A stretch of 64,000 nt of DNA from assembly GCA_964016885.1 (NCBI GenBank), contig OZ024742.1, positions 288,486,001-288,550,000 of the forward strand, written 5' to 3'. Below the pieces are notes generated by a model that ran no database searches, was not told the origin of the DNA, and saw only the letters and a list, made by a program, of their open reading frames with translations. Every line of letters starts with the position of its first letter. The stretch's first letter is position 1. The translations under genes were made by a program, and so were the position numbers. Below, one piece after another: positions 1 through 13,110 of the stretch. Origin of the DNA: Eledone cirrhosa (taxonomy: Eukaryota).

Positions 1-232
1 CGGCTTGAATGGATCATTGTCTGGCTGAGAGAGGGAACTGACCAAGCGAATTTCATTTAAATCTGCGGTAGCTAATGGTCATCTTCCCCCTGGACCTGCG
101 CCTGCGCAGACCAGTGGGGGTGAATTGATACTCACAGGGGAACGGATGAAGAACCCAAAAGCACATACTTCGTCCATTCCCATGTCAATTCAATTTGGAT
201 TGCCTCGGAAACATAACCTTATTATGTAACAA

Positions 233-306
233 GCTGTCTGACGATGTCGCGAGACTGGCGCACAGAACAGTGTGGTCACTTTCGCCATTGAAATATATAT
301 CACAGC
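233..306 (+). ncRNA. Minimal type I hammerhead ribozyme (Penelope-like element type)
   Basis: Stem I GCTGT(233-237)/ACAGC(302-306), core CTGACGA (238-244), imperfect stem II, GAAA (290-293), palindromic stem III ATATATAT, cleavage triplet AUC. Confidence 0.7.
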
Positions 307-353
307 ATTATTATTAAAGGACTTGAACATCTGAAACTACTTCGCTTTTCCTT

Positions 354-391
<38 letters not shown>

Positions 392-765
392 ATTATCACT
401 AACATATAGTGCTTGTTTTCCCTGCTAGCAAGGTAGGTGTGTGTGTGTGTGTGCGCGCGTGGTGAAACTGTTCCCATGATACTGATCTGTATGACCTCAA
501 ACTCTCAATAGTCACATTAATGAGATGACTCTCACTGGTCACATCTATATAACATCTGACCTTCTATGGTCATATCAATATTTGTAAATACCCTCACCCC
601 ACATTTTACATCTACATAACCCAATGTATCATGGGTACTGCCATGACATCTGAGACTTTACAATATATGACTGGTATGACTGATACTACTGGTAAGACTG
701 GTATTACTAGTACTACTGGTGTCACAATACAGACAGTAAAGAAAGAAAGCTGTGCTTAAACTTAC

Positions 766-3700
766 CACTTTGGCGCTGCTATTGGAATGATGCGTAAGAC
801 AGTGTTGCACAAAAGATGGACAGTCTAGATTACGGACACCACAGTAAGGACACTGGAACGTTGACCTGTTGGGAACATTACTGGGACATGGTTGTGAGGT
901 AGGGGCTACTGGTTTGAACTGAGGCATCTTTTGGTCCATTTTACTGCACTGCATTGAGTGCTGTTTCAATTTGGAGAGACTCATCTGAAGATAGAGGCAG
1001 AGAGGTTCAGAACAGAGAACAACAACAAACATCAAATCAACAGTCCACCAATATTACCTAATACTACCATCCACCATCATCACGTATCCAGAGAGAAACC
1101 TTTTGTGGTCAGCAATCACAATTTCAGAGCACCCTCTCCACAGGTGATTAGGTCACCTAGATAACAAAAGGGGTCAAGAACGTCTAGGGAGCCTCCATGG
1201 TGACTGAGGGAATATCTTTCCTGTATACTCTTAGTGCCTACTTCTGTGCATCTGCTGCAATTTTGCATCTGACTCCTCCACAAATTCAGCTTTAAGGACT
1301 AGATCTTCAGCATACACGAGTTCCCATGTAGCACCAGTTTTAAACTCCTCAGTTATGGCCTGAAGGGAGATGATGAACAGATATAAAATGAGGACTCAAC
1401 AGCAGCATTTCTAGTCATTGCCAACTTTCCCCTTGCTGATTGCCTCTCTATACATGCTTGCATAGCCCTCAAAAGCCATTCATCTAAACCTAGCTTTCTT
1501 AGTGCCAACCAGATTATAGAGCGAGGCACCCTGTCAAAGGCCTTCTCCAGATGTACAAAAAACAGGTACAGGGGTTTACTCTAAAGTAAGTACTTTTCCA
1601 CAAGGAAATTGGCATCTGCTTGGGATAAAGTCAAACTGCATCTCATCTAGCTTGATTCTGTCCCTAATTAGTTGTGTTACAATCCTTTCGGTAACTTAGT
1701 TACTTCTCTCAGAGCATCTCCTTTACTATTGTAGCTGTTCACAATGATACTGATATCCCAGTCATATTGGTAAGAGTGTTGGACTTACGATGATAATGTT
1801 GTGGGTTCGATTCCTGGCTCGAGACAAACTTTAGACTTTATATATACTGTATATATATACATCCTCTTCTTGCTATATCAAGCGTTAACCTAAAATATCC
1901 TTTCCATATACTGTACCAATTGTGTTGTTATTTCTGTTTACCTTTTACATATATATATATATATATATATATGTAATTCAATGATATTAAATAAATGGAA
2001 ACTATATTTATAAAACCATATTTATTCTATTATATATATTTCAAGGGTACCAAAAAGCTTTGGTACACTTTCATCAGTTTGAATTTCAGTTTGCCAAGGA
2101 AACATACCCTATCAGTTTGAATTTTCCTTGGAAAATTCAAACTGATAAGGTATGTTTCCTTGGCTATGTCAAAATTTATAAAACACACTTTGTATTTTAT
2201 CTGATGAAAGCGTACCAAAGTTTTTTGGTACCCTTGAAATATATATAATAGAATAAATATGGTTTTATAAATATAGTTTCCATTTATTTAATATCATTGA
2301 ATATTTACTCAAGAAATCTGTCGAGTGCTCTGAATCAGTTATAAACATTTATATTTGTTGAATTTCCAACAAATTAAATATCCCTTCTACTTATATATAT
2401 ATATATATGTAGATATATAAAAAAAGAGAGAATATACAAACAAAAGTTTGAAATACAATTATGAACACTTACTTTTTTAACACACCACTGACATGTTCCC
2501 TCAGTATTTGATATTCTTGCTTGAATGTCTGTTGCAGTGTGCACAGAATGTGGGCTAAATACTGTCCGACATACTGGACATTTTGGTTCCGCTAGAGACA
2601 TGGACAATGCAATACAGTCCTTGCAGAACCTACAAGAGATTCAACATAAAAAAACACCAGATTGAGGAGAGATTTTTCAATAATCTATTTTAAACATGAT
2701 CATCATCATTGCACATCTATAATAAGATAACTGAGATAGTCTAACTAAGGTAGATAAGATAACTGAGGTAGTCTAGAGTATATGATAGGATAATTAAGAT
2801 AACATTGGTCCTGGGTAATATAATGGCTACAGTTATTTCTGTATGTGTACCACAAGCTGGGCTTGGAGAGGAACAGAAGGACCACTTCTATGAGGTTCTG
2901 CAGATTACTTTGATGACAAATAACACTGATAACATCATACTGGCTGGTGATTTTAATGAACATGTTTTGCAGCACCAGGATGGATTCTAAAGTGTGTATG
3001 GTGGCTTTATCTTGGAGTAAGACATGAAGGATCAAAACTCCTGGAATTACATGATGCAAATGACTTGGCAATTTGTATATCAAACTTCAAGAAAACATTC
3101 ATCCACTTAGTTAACTACCAATCAGGTAAACACATAAGCCAGATTGACTTTATTCTTATGAGAAAACAATAGGCGAATGGTGGTAAATGCTAAAACTTTC
3201 CCTAAAGAATACACCACCCAACATAGAACAAGACATACACACACAGAAACCTAAAAGTCTGAAGGAGAATAAAGAAACTTAAAGAGCCAACATACAACCA
3301 TGGATTTAGTGATATACTAAATGAAGTCCTTGACTAGAAGGATGGGGAATTAGAGTGTTATAATACAAAGAACAATTGGAAACTCCTGCGAGGCACTCCT
3401 ACTGAGGGCAACACACATGGTCTGTGACTGGGGAAAGCTACCAACCAGAGAGATGGTGACATGGTGGTGGAGCAGTACTGTAGATAGAACTATATAAACT
3501 AAGAGACAGATTTGCAAAAGTCTGGAAGGCTTAGGAGAGACACCTAGGAGAAAAGCTAGACATTAAGTCTATTTAGCTAGAAGGGAGGCAGAGAGTAAGA
3601 GGTTTGCTAATTTTTTGCAACATTAAGATCAGGAGCATGAGATGTTCTAGATTGCAATTGACTCAACTGAGAGACTAGCCATCAAAGTTAATAAAGTGAT

Positions 3701-6125
3701 TAAAGATATGAAGACATTAAGGGTATGGGGAGGACATTAGTGGGGCAAAGAAAGGCGAATTAAAGAAGGGACTGGGTTCAAATGGGGAAATTAGGAGTAT
3801 GCTGGAAAGCAGGAACCTAGAATATTCCATTTAGCTGCTTCTTCAGGTATAAGGTGGAAGGTGTGTGTGAGGAATGTTGGAACCATATTGGCTGGTGGTA
3901 AGGGCATCTTCTCCATTCTTGTTTCATCCCAGTTGCATGAGAAGGCAAGTGCTCTGCAGTATGGCATATCATCAGACATCTTGATTCTGGGCTATTAGCT
4001 CAAGTTTTCCTAAGTCTTGCCCTTCTATAGCTTCTATTGACTTCAAGTGCTTGGTATTTCTTTATGCAGCTATCATCCTCCATACTCATCACATGTCCAT
4101 ACCAATGCAGCCTCCTTTCCTGCTCACTGTATCTGATCCATCTTACAGTTTTTCTCCCAGCTCATTGATGCTTCAGTGTTCATGGACATTACTATTACAC
4201 ATCCATCAGAGCATGTCTGCCTCATTTCTTTCTAATCTTTGTAATTCCTTCACACAAAACCCCCAAGTCCCTCTTTCACTCTGAGCAAGGACGAAAATGC
4301 TCTCTTCTTTACTGATAGTAACTTACTTATCTCTTTGTCATTCTTATTAAACCTCTCTCTTGTGATGCTAAACTCCACCAGTTGCAGACTGTGCATTAAC
4401 ATGTGATATCTCTCTTCACAAAGTCCGATCACCAGCAGCAGAGTTCAAAGAGCAAGGATCAAGCTCTGTCCATAACATGACATTGTCAAGCCATCGTTTT
4501 GGCTGCCAGCCTCTGCTTCTCTTACCAGCCAACCTTCCTTCCAGGCATAACCTACTCACACCACGAGTTGATCTTTTTATATGGCCGTATAGTTTGAGTA
4601 CTCTTGACTTGATAATTAATGTAATTGGTCCTAGTATTTGTGTTTTACAAACCAACGACATCAGCAGATATTATACATTGATTCCATAAAACATTTCCAG
4701 TTATTTTCACATTCCCTTTCATCAAGGTGCTGCACAAGTTGGGCTTTGATCTTAGAGTTTTTCAGAAGGTAACATACTTTAGGGAAATGGCTCTGCTCAG
4801 TGTGTAGGAAAGGGGTGGGTAGAAATTCCATCCTATGTCCCAAATGCAAACTATAGGTACACAAGAGATGTAGTGAGATCTTAAGCAGGCTAGCAAAGAA
4901 CATAGGTTTTTACATGTGGTTGATGCAAAAAAGCAGTAAGCAGCAAGTGCTCACAGGAAACAAGCTCTATCAAATTCTTAGAGGGGTCCATAGAAGCAGT
5001 CACCTGGGTCACCAAATTAGAAGTGGAGGTGAGTGTTCTGCAAAGTACAGTAGCCAGAATGAGAAAGTTTGGTGAGCTACAACTGCTACTAGCTTCAAAA
5101 GGTTTTCCCAGACATGTGATGCGTATGGAGAACGACAGATGTATAACAAGTTGCAGGGTGTTTGAAGTTGTATGTAAGTATGGAAGACAAAGACCTAGGT
5201 GAGCATAAGATGAAGTGATAAAAGCTGACCTTGCACAATTAAACCTTTCAAAGGTGATAACACAGGATGTACTGCAAAAGACCCACCTTCCTATGTGCAC
5301 AGGATAAAGCAAACATCTAGAGGTCACTAGTATGCACCATATATCTCCCCCTTCCATACACCTTCCGCGTCTTAACACTCCACCCTTCATCACTAAGTAG
5401 CCCTCCCCCATTTTCCACATCTAATCACCTCGCTTGTCCAACCCATTCATACAAGCATGGAAAGCTGGAAACGCTACCCAACAATGCCGTTGAAATGGCT
5501 AAAAGCTCCCAGTCTACCCTGTAAGGCCCCTAGTCCACGATGTAAAGTGGTCTTGTTGGTTGACAAGTCAAAAAGCACCCAGTCCACCCTGTAAAGTGGT
5601 CGTGTTGTAAAAAGTACCCAGTTCAAGCCGTCAGTTGGTCGTTTTCGTGCCTCGATAAAAAGCACCCAGTACACTCTAAATGTGGTTGGCGTGAGGAAGA
5701 GCATCCAGTCGAAGAAACCAAGCCAGAGACAGTTCTGTAAGAGCAAGACACAATCACCTGATCTGACTTGTCTCACAACGGGACAACTCGTCTAACCCAT
5801 GCTAATGTGGAAAAAAAAATGGACGTTACGCGATGATGATAATAATAATAATATATATATATATATATATATAGTATCGAGTACTCAGGTGGATTATGGT
5901 CTACCTGGTTTTTTACCACACCCTGATATATATATATATATACACACACACTACATAAACACCTATACATATATATGTGCATGTATGCATACATACATTC
6001 TTACACATAAATACGTATCTATATATTATAAATAAAACTAAAGCTATACCAATGACTCAAGTAAAGGGAATTGTATACACAAAATGTTTAAACATACTCG
6101 CTTCACTAGAAACAAGCTCTGAGCA

Positions 6126-6189
<64 letters not shown>

Positions 6190-6810
6190 ATGTGTATATA
6201 TACATATTAAGTATGTATGCATTATATATTTATTATGTAGAGTGAATGTAGCTGTGTACATTGCACAGTCTAGCATAACGGGGGGGGGGGGTATGTATAT
6301 ATATATATATATAGGAAAAAGTATGACCCCGACGGCAGAGCTCAAGCCGTTTCGACGGCTATTTCTAGAAGTCTAGAAATAGCCGTCGAAACGGCTTGAG
6401 CTCTGCCGTCGGGGTCATATCTTTTCCTATTACCCACTCTACTACCCTAAGTATTGAGTACTCTGGTGCGTTATGGTCCATCTGGCTCCTTACCACAATT
6501 CCTTCGTTATATATATATATATGTGTGTGTGTAAAACTACATAATGTATAACAGCTGTGTAGGAACTGTCGAATGTACAGCGACCGTGTTTATAAACAGC
6601 GTAGATTTTTCTAGTACAGAATATAGTATAGAATACAAACACATTATACTAAATACACACATTATATTAAATATATATATAAAGAACTGCGTGATTAAAA
6701 TATGTATATCAATGCACGTGTGCCCAAATATACGGATGTATAGTGAAAATGAGAATAAGTGCGTGTTTGATTTGTTTCAGTTCGTGTATATTATATATAT
6801 ATATATATAA

Positions 6811-6841
<31 letters not shown>

Positions 6842-7177
6842 AATATATATAAGCGTGAACCTAATGACTTTGTATTTTTGCATCCATGTGTTTGTTTTGT
6901 TTCATTTATCAACTATATATATATATGTGTGTGTATATGTATATCGTGGGTGTGTTTATATATATATATATATATATATAAATATAGTGGGTGTGTTTAT
7001 ATATACATATATACACACATAAATATGTGTTTATATATGTGTGTGTTCATCTATGCATATATATTTAAAAAATGAGGATATATATATGTATACGTACACA
7101 TGTTTACACGGTACACGTAATGGCTTCTCAAATATATCCAAACAGACGGAACAACAAAGATCGTCTACCTCTTCCAT
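766..7177 (-). CDS. RNF166: RING-type E3 ubiquitin ligase RNF166-like (RNF114/125/138/166 family); 5' three coding exons, gene continues beyond the left edge
   Basis: Exons 7177-7098 (MEEVDDLCCSVCLDIFEKPLRVPCKH), 2629-2473 (VFCKDCIALSMSLAEPKCPVCR...CQWCVKK) and 984-766 (MSLSKLKQHSMQC...PVAPTSQPCPSNVPNRSTFQCPYCGVRNLD...HCLTHH). GT-AG junctions are in matching phases and give C3HC4 RING + C2HC + Di19-type C2H2 fingers. The PTSQPxPSNxPNRSTF segment is recalled as most like RNF166. Confidence 0.88.
1285..1770 (-). mobile_element. RTE LINE RT fragment
   Basis: Reverse complement similar to RT segments (EKAFDRV, ITEEFKTG..WEL..YA) of the 27005 and 47100-47400 copies. Confidence 0.75.
1976..2385. 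mobile_element. Penelope-like element terminal-repeat remnant with inverted duplication
   Basis: Outer inverted arms ~1976-2078 / ~2200-2302, an inner hairpin ~2094-2164, a hammerhead core and (TA)n on both sides. The downstream motif GAGTGCT..TGTTGAAT..CAACAAATTAAATAT recurs at ~11595-11655. Confidence 0.55.
2193..2255 (+). ncRNA. Minimal type I hammerhead ribozyme
   Basis: TATTTTAT-CTGATGA(2201-2207)-AAG.GTACC..GGTAC.CTT-GAAA(2236-2239)-TATATA-TA-ATAGAATA; stems I and II pair and stem III is palindromic. Confidence 0.72.
2770..3720 (+). mobile_element. Decayed RTE LINE fragment (APE endonuclease region)
   Basis: TVISVCVPQAGL...KDHFYE...IILAGDFN; continues with similarity to 46060-46950. 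Confidence 0.8.
4000..5300. mobile_element. Nested RTE LINE fragments in both orientations
   Basis: LKLYGHIKR...EGRLAGKRSRG..PKRWLD (4416-4661, minus) plus fragments similar to the 27005 ORF. Confidence 0.7.
6315..6510. repeat. Palindromic repeat remnant (family also at 5873-5925, 7760-7890, 14535-14670)
   Basis: ~50-bp perfect arms TATGACCCCGACGGCAGAGCTCAAGCCGTTTCGACGGCTATTTCTAGA and its reverse complement, then a shared tail TTACCCACTCTACTACCCTAAGTATTGAGTAC; embedded in (TA)n. Confidence 0.7.
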
Positions 7178-7455
7178 GGAGAACAGAGACACAATTATAC
7201 AACAGTAAAGCTTCTCTCTCCAGACAGACTTGCTGCTTGCTGCTCGATTGCTTCCTTGGCAGATTGCTTCACAACTCCACTATTCACATTTACTACGGCT
7301 GGTCTTCATGTCGATATATATATACACACACATAAATACATATACGTGTGTCTATCTGTGTGAGTATGTCTATCTCTGTGTGTATATATTTATATACATG
7401 TGTGTGTGTAGAGAGAGAGAGAAACAGACAGAGAGGAGAGAGAGGTACACAGACA

Positions 7456-7492
<37 letters not shown>

Positions 7493-7544
7493 TATATATA
7501 AAATTAAATGCTTTAAAAACTTTCATTTGTCGTCTTAATTATAT

Positions 7545-7628
<84 letters not shown>

Positions 7629-8379
7629 TACACATAATTAAGACGACAAAAGTTTTTAAAGCATTTAATTTTTTGTGTATGATACAACTATATAGTTATA
7701 TAAGTGTATATATATATAAACATATATATATATATTTGTTTATATATACAGTTTGGATCTAGCTATCGAGACGGCCGGAGCTCAGCCGTCGGGGTCCTGA
7801 ATCTTTTCATATTACCCTCTCTACTACCCCAAGTATCAAGTACTCTGGAGGGTTATCGTCCACCTTGTTTTTTACCACCCCCTATCTGATATGTTTATAT
7901 ATATATATATATGCTATATATATATATTATATACATATGACCAACAACCTCTGTAGTGATGGTGCCACGAAAACCCTCCCTTTCCCTCGGTACACCCCAG
8001 AAGGGTGGTTGACGACAGGAAGGGCACCTCACTGTAGAAACCTTACGTAAAAGTGTTGAGAGTGCCCTTCAGTTGTATCAAAGACAACAACCTCTCTAAT
8101 GTTAGTGATCTATATGATAAACGCATCCAGTGCATGCTGTAAAGTGGTTGGTGATAGGAAGAGCATCCAGCCATAGAAAGCGTGCCAAACAAAGGGTTGG
8201 GAGGACCCTTTAGTTGTGGCAAGGACATGGAAGCCTCCCTAGTATTGGTGATCTACACAATAAAAGCACCCAGTACATGTAACTTAGTTGGGGTTAGGAA
8301 GGGCATCCAGCAGTAGAAAGCTTGCCAGACAGTTTGTGTCAAAAACACAACTTCTCTGCACTCGACATGACTATATATA

Positions 8380-9020
8380 AGCAATAGCCACGCCACTTCA
8401 TGGAGCTCCTTCCTCAAATGGGCTGCTATCAATCTGATTTTACGAAGGAGGTCAGCTGTCTGGGGTTTGAGGATGCCTGAGGTCTCAACAGCAACCGGTG
8501 CAAAGAGGAAGTAGCCAGACAATCCCTGGTATTTGCTTGTCTTCCTGTCCTCTGCATTGCAAGCCGTGGTACCGGGGTTTGAGGCCGAAGTGACTAAGTT
8601 AGAGGTGGAGAATGTGTCACAGCATATTGCAGCCCAGATGAGGGATTTACCTCCTTTGAAAGGGAAGAAAGTAATTCCGTTGGGCCACTTGCTGTCACCA
8701 CAGTTGAGGCCTGCTGGCTCCAGTTGTGATGGGAAGCCAGGTGCTTCGAGACTCCTTCTCATTATGTTGTTGAGAGCAACATGTTGGGGGAACTGGCTTG
8801 AACTCTGGCAGCATGATAATGGGTGCAGGCCAAACTCATCGATGACAGGTCCACAATGGAATCTATGTGGTTCACACATGTGGAGGCCGAGGCATTGAGC
8901 CACTCTTATGTGCGTGCACTCATCTTCAAGAAGGGTACTGGTTGATGAGGAGGGAACCAAATTGAGCCATGTTTGGCTGCAAGGCTGAAAAGAGGCGGTG
9001 TTTGTCCAATCCAGACTCAA
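8380..9020 (-). mobile_element. CRE-like non-LTR retrotransposon fragment (zinc knuckle + restriction-like endonuclease)
   Basis: ORF 8253-9020: HCG...GLHPLSC...H..LN.I..R.L...EP..L...DSKWPNG.T..P...GKSLIW...DT...AEDRK.SKY..L..YF.F.PVAVETSG; degenerate. Confidence 0.75.
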
Positions 9021-10379
9021 TCAACCTGAAGGTAGACCTGCACTCGATGTTGGACAAAATGTAACAGGGACGTTATGTTTTGTCTAAAGATAAAAACTCA
9101 ACAACTAAAAAGAAAGCTTATAAAACTTGTAAGCAACAGGCAGTCCTCACTTAGAAAGATGAAGAATACCTGGAGGGTATCAAAGCAGCTGAACTACAAG
9201 AAGATGCTGATAAAAAAGGGCTTTTTATAATGGTCTGAAGGCAGTGTGTGGTCCCAGGGAAAGCAGGTCAAATCCAGTTCTATCTTCTGATGAAACAATC
9301 CTATACACAAACAAAGCTGAGATACTCTCTAGATGGAAGGAACACCTTGAATGTTAGTGTTCAAATATGGTAATACCATAAAATGCACCCATATAATACC
9401 ATATAATACCCTAAAATGCACCAATCCCACACTATTAAATGGTAGTGCTGGTGCCATGAAAAAAGTACCTAATCTATTCTGTCAGGTGTTACTCGTGGTG
9501 CCATAAGAAAATGAACCTGGCACATGCCTATAATTGGTTGGCATTAGGAATGGCATTTATGGCTCAGTCAACTTCTAATTGTCTTTGTTCCCCAGGCCAT
9601 AACTGAGGAGTTTAAAATGGCTACTCCATGGGAAAAAAAGAAAGAAAAAGAAAAACAACACAGAAGCGGTTAGGGTTAAGGTTTTCAGGAAGAAAGTAAT
9701 CAGAGGGAAAAAAGAAAAAGAAAAAAAAAAGTGTTAATGATTTAAACTAATGTAAATGAAATTATTGATCAGAGATTTAATAATATAAACATCACAATGT
9801 AGATAATTATAATATAATTATAGTTAAGTAAGTTGGGTCAGTAGCACCTCAAACGGAAAATCGAACCACACATCTCTTGTATGTTAGACAAGTGCATTTA
9901 ACAGTAATACTTAAATATACTAAAAAGAGGGCAATATGTGGGCTGTATCTTTTGGCATATTGGTTATAGGTATTCGCCGGACGTACAAGAGATTTGTAGT
10001 TCGATTTCCTGCAGGCATTTCTGTCGACTTTTTTTTCCGTTTACAGGGATACTTTACTCGACTTATTGTGGTGACTATAATTTCAAATTTCCCCAAAGCT
10101 TCATAAATCACAAAGAAAAAGAAAAAAAGATTAAATAATTGAAATAAGCAGAAAGAAGGAGAGAGTAGCAAATTTTACATCCCTAGTTTAGGCGGTATAT
10201 CTCGCATCGCCGTAGAGAACAACCAGCAACACCTGCCATATGAACTAATCTACTTCACAGGGTCTCTTTTCTCAGGTGGGATGTACTCCTCCAAACCTTG
10301 CGGTAGAAAACAGCTGTTCAAAAACCGAGGACGCGAGAGATCTCGGCGGCGGCGACTAGTACGAAAAAGAAGCGGTCGA

Positions 10380-11361
10380 TCAAGTCTCGATATTTGTGGC
10401 TATTTTCGTTTCCTCTGCGTTACGGGTAGCAGTGCTCGGCTTTGTGGCCGAAGAGACAAGGTTGGAGATGCAGAAAGTGTCGGCGCAGATTAGAGATTTT
10501 GGAGAAGAGCGGGTGTAATCCGAACTCGTCGACCATTGTTCCACAACAGCATTTGTATGGTTCACACGCGGAGACCAATGCGCTAGGTCAATCCGATGCC
10601 AAAAGGATACCAGTTGATGAGGAGGGCACCAAATTGAATCACGCAATTGGCTGCGAAGCAGGCGAGACAATGTTGATCCAGGGTTGACTAGTATTTGATG
10701 CCGTCCCAGTTGCATCGGTAACCTGCATACTAGGGGACGGTGAAGCCACCTTCAACCCAATCGGCCAGAGCTGATTCGAGTTCCTGGTTCACGTCCTGTT
10801 CTAACGTCTTGGAGAGACCACAAGGGTCAACGGAAAATGTTTAGGCTAGCCAACACGGTCTCAGCATTACCACGGGTGATAGCGTGGCTAAGGCGCTGAA
10901 ACAACTATGCACTTTCACGGGCATCACCTGACACCTTGGTAAGGCGAGCCACCAACAATGACAAACATATCAAATTCCACAGGCTGGAAAAAATGGTTAT
11001 TTGATAGTTCCCGGTATTTAAGGATTTTATTCTGTTTAGTATCGGAAGCAGTGACCCTCACATTTACAGCGACATCCATGATGTGGGAGGGAGCAAAAGA
11101 GTCTCTGACTGTGGCGTCCCAGATAAGATACCTACCTCTTACTCCGGGACAATGGCTAAGGCCATCTGGTCTCTTCCCTTCAATTCTGGATAATTTAGTC
11201 AGCTCCAAACCTGGGTGGGTTGGGGAGATATTTACACGAGCTAGGACACGCTTAATGATCAGGTTTAGCTCGGTGTGACTGGCGAATTGACCAGCATTCA
11301 GGCAGCAGGACAAACCATGGAGGCTTTGTTTTATGATCGTTTCAGAATGTTGATTGATCAT
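10380..11361 (-). mobile_element. Two CRE-like RLE retrotransposon fragments
   Basis: ORF 10924-11361 has HGLSC...HTELNLIIKRVL...EGKRPDGLS...GRYLIWDATVRDSFAPS...KILKYREL. Region 10480-10800 is similar in nucleotide sequence to 8820-9000. Confidence 0.72.
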
Positions 11362-12858
11362 GACAAACCGACATAGTGACTAGTCTGTAGAAGTTATGTA
11401 ACTCCATATTATTAGTCATGATACTATAGATCCATCTCACCGTCTTCGTCAGAAACAACGAACCAGAATCTTGATTTGGAAGAAATATATTAATTGGATA
11501 TTAGGACAAAGAGGAAAAAAATACAATATATATATATATATATACACACATTATTTACATTTATATATACACAATATTTACTCCACTAATTTGTTGAGTG
11601 CTTTATATCAGTTATAAAATTTTTAAGCTTGTTGAATCCCAACAAATTAAATATAACCTAATTCATTTTTATCTTATTTTTTTATATATTATGTACTTCA
11701 ATTATACTATGTATAATATATTTCTCTCTCTATATATATATATATCTATATATATATATATATATATGATGCATATCTACCTGTATGTGTATCTATGTCT
11801 ATGTGTATGTATGTGCGAGTTGTGTGTATATATATATATATGCATACAATTCAAATGCACTAGATTATAAGGGTTTCCTTAAGGTTCGTGATAAACAAAC
11901 TTATATAATAACAGTCACAACTACATAACAGGTGGATTTACTAAATATAAAATTTATAATATAAGGTTTGTATTATAACATAAGGTTGCTATAATCTTAA
12001 ATTTCCTTTGTTATCTTGACATTTATAACATTTAATATAGGTAAATAACTTAATTTCCTTCACGCTGTTTCGCTATTACATAGAAATGTTTTTCTCCGGG
12101 TTTTTTCTCTGTTTTTTTTTTCTCTGGTTTCTCAGAAAAATATATAAGTTTAAGAAAATTCCTATATCTTACACATAAAAAGTCCTTTATCTATGTGTAT
12201 GGTATGTGTAGGTATATATATATATATATATATTTATATGTATGTGTATGTATATATATGAATATATTCTGTTAATAATATATGGGTTTTAATAATATAT
12301 AGATTTTTAATAATATATAGATCTCAACTTTTAATGTATAGATCTCAATAATTTGATGGATAATTTCATTGATAAACTAAACATTTAATCATATTTAAAC
12401 ACTGGTTAAAATTCATTTTCCATTCACGAGTATTTTCCATTCACGCTTATTTACTTATTTACTTTACTCATCCAAAAATATTTATTTTTTTACTTCATTT
12501 AAAAGTTATGCTAATACAACAACCTATCACTTAGGGCTTTCTCTTTCTCTTTTCTCTTGTCTTTTTTCTTCTCTTTCTCTTTTTCTCGTTTTCTTATTTT
12601 CCTCTTAAAGCTGCTTTTTTCTTTTTTTTTTCTTTTTTCTTTTTTTTCTTTTTTCTTTTTTCTTTTTTCTTTTTTCTCTTTCCCTCTCTCCATACCCCAA
12701 CGGCTTATTTTAAATCTACTGTGATTTAAAAATATCCGACACTAATTTGCATAATAGTATAAATAAATTTATAACCCCACTATCCGGGAGCTTCCAACAG
12801 AAATGGTCAAATTCTTTAAGGGTATGTCAATATTTATTTATAAAACTGATCTATATTA

Positions 12859-12923
12859 TATTTTATCTGATGAAAGCACACCATAATTTAACTTGGTGTC
12901 CTTGAAATATGTATAATGAAATA
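12859..12923 (+). ncRNA. Minimal type I hammerhead ribozyme, same family as 2193
   Basis: TATTTTAT-CTGATGA(12867-12873)-AAG.ACACCA..TGGTGT.CTT-GAAA(12904-12907)-TATGTA-TA-ATGAAATA. Stem II differs from the 2193 copy but remains paired. Confidence 0.7.
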
Positions 12924-13110
12924 AATATGGTTTTATAAATATAGTTTCCATTTGTTAATATATCGTATATATATATATATTATTCAAAATATTAATAAAT
13001 GAAGACGTTCACATGATCAAAATGTTTTATTATATATATTTCGGAGGTACTGTGTTGTAAAACTATTCATTGAGTAATCAATGAACCATATTAATCTTTG
13101 GTTATATATA

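Noticed and set aside
5773-7889. YIYI/CVCV-rich ORFs
   Set aside because: Translations of (TA)n/(TG)n microsatellites; only 7098-7177 is a supported exon.
9665-9685. TTAGGG telomere-like motif (also ~19325)
   Set aside because: Only 2-3 degenerate units.
10281-10493. CpG-rich Arg-rich ORF as a possible first exon
   Set aside because: No splice connection to either neighbouring gene found; it adjoins CRE-like fragments.
11444-11460. Minus-strand CTGACGA as another hammerhead
   Set aside because: No suitably placed GAAA or stem I partner found.
12511-12693. Lys/Glu-rich ORF
   Set aside because: Polypyrimidine low-complexity tract.
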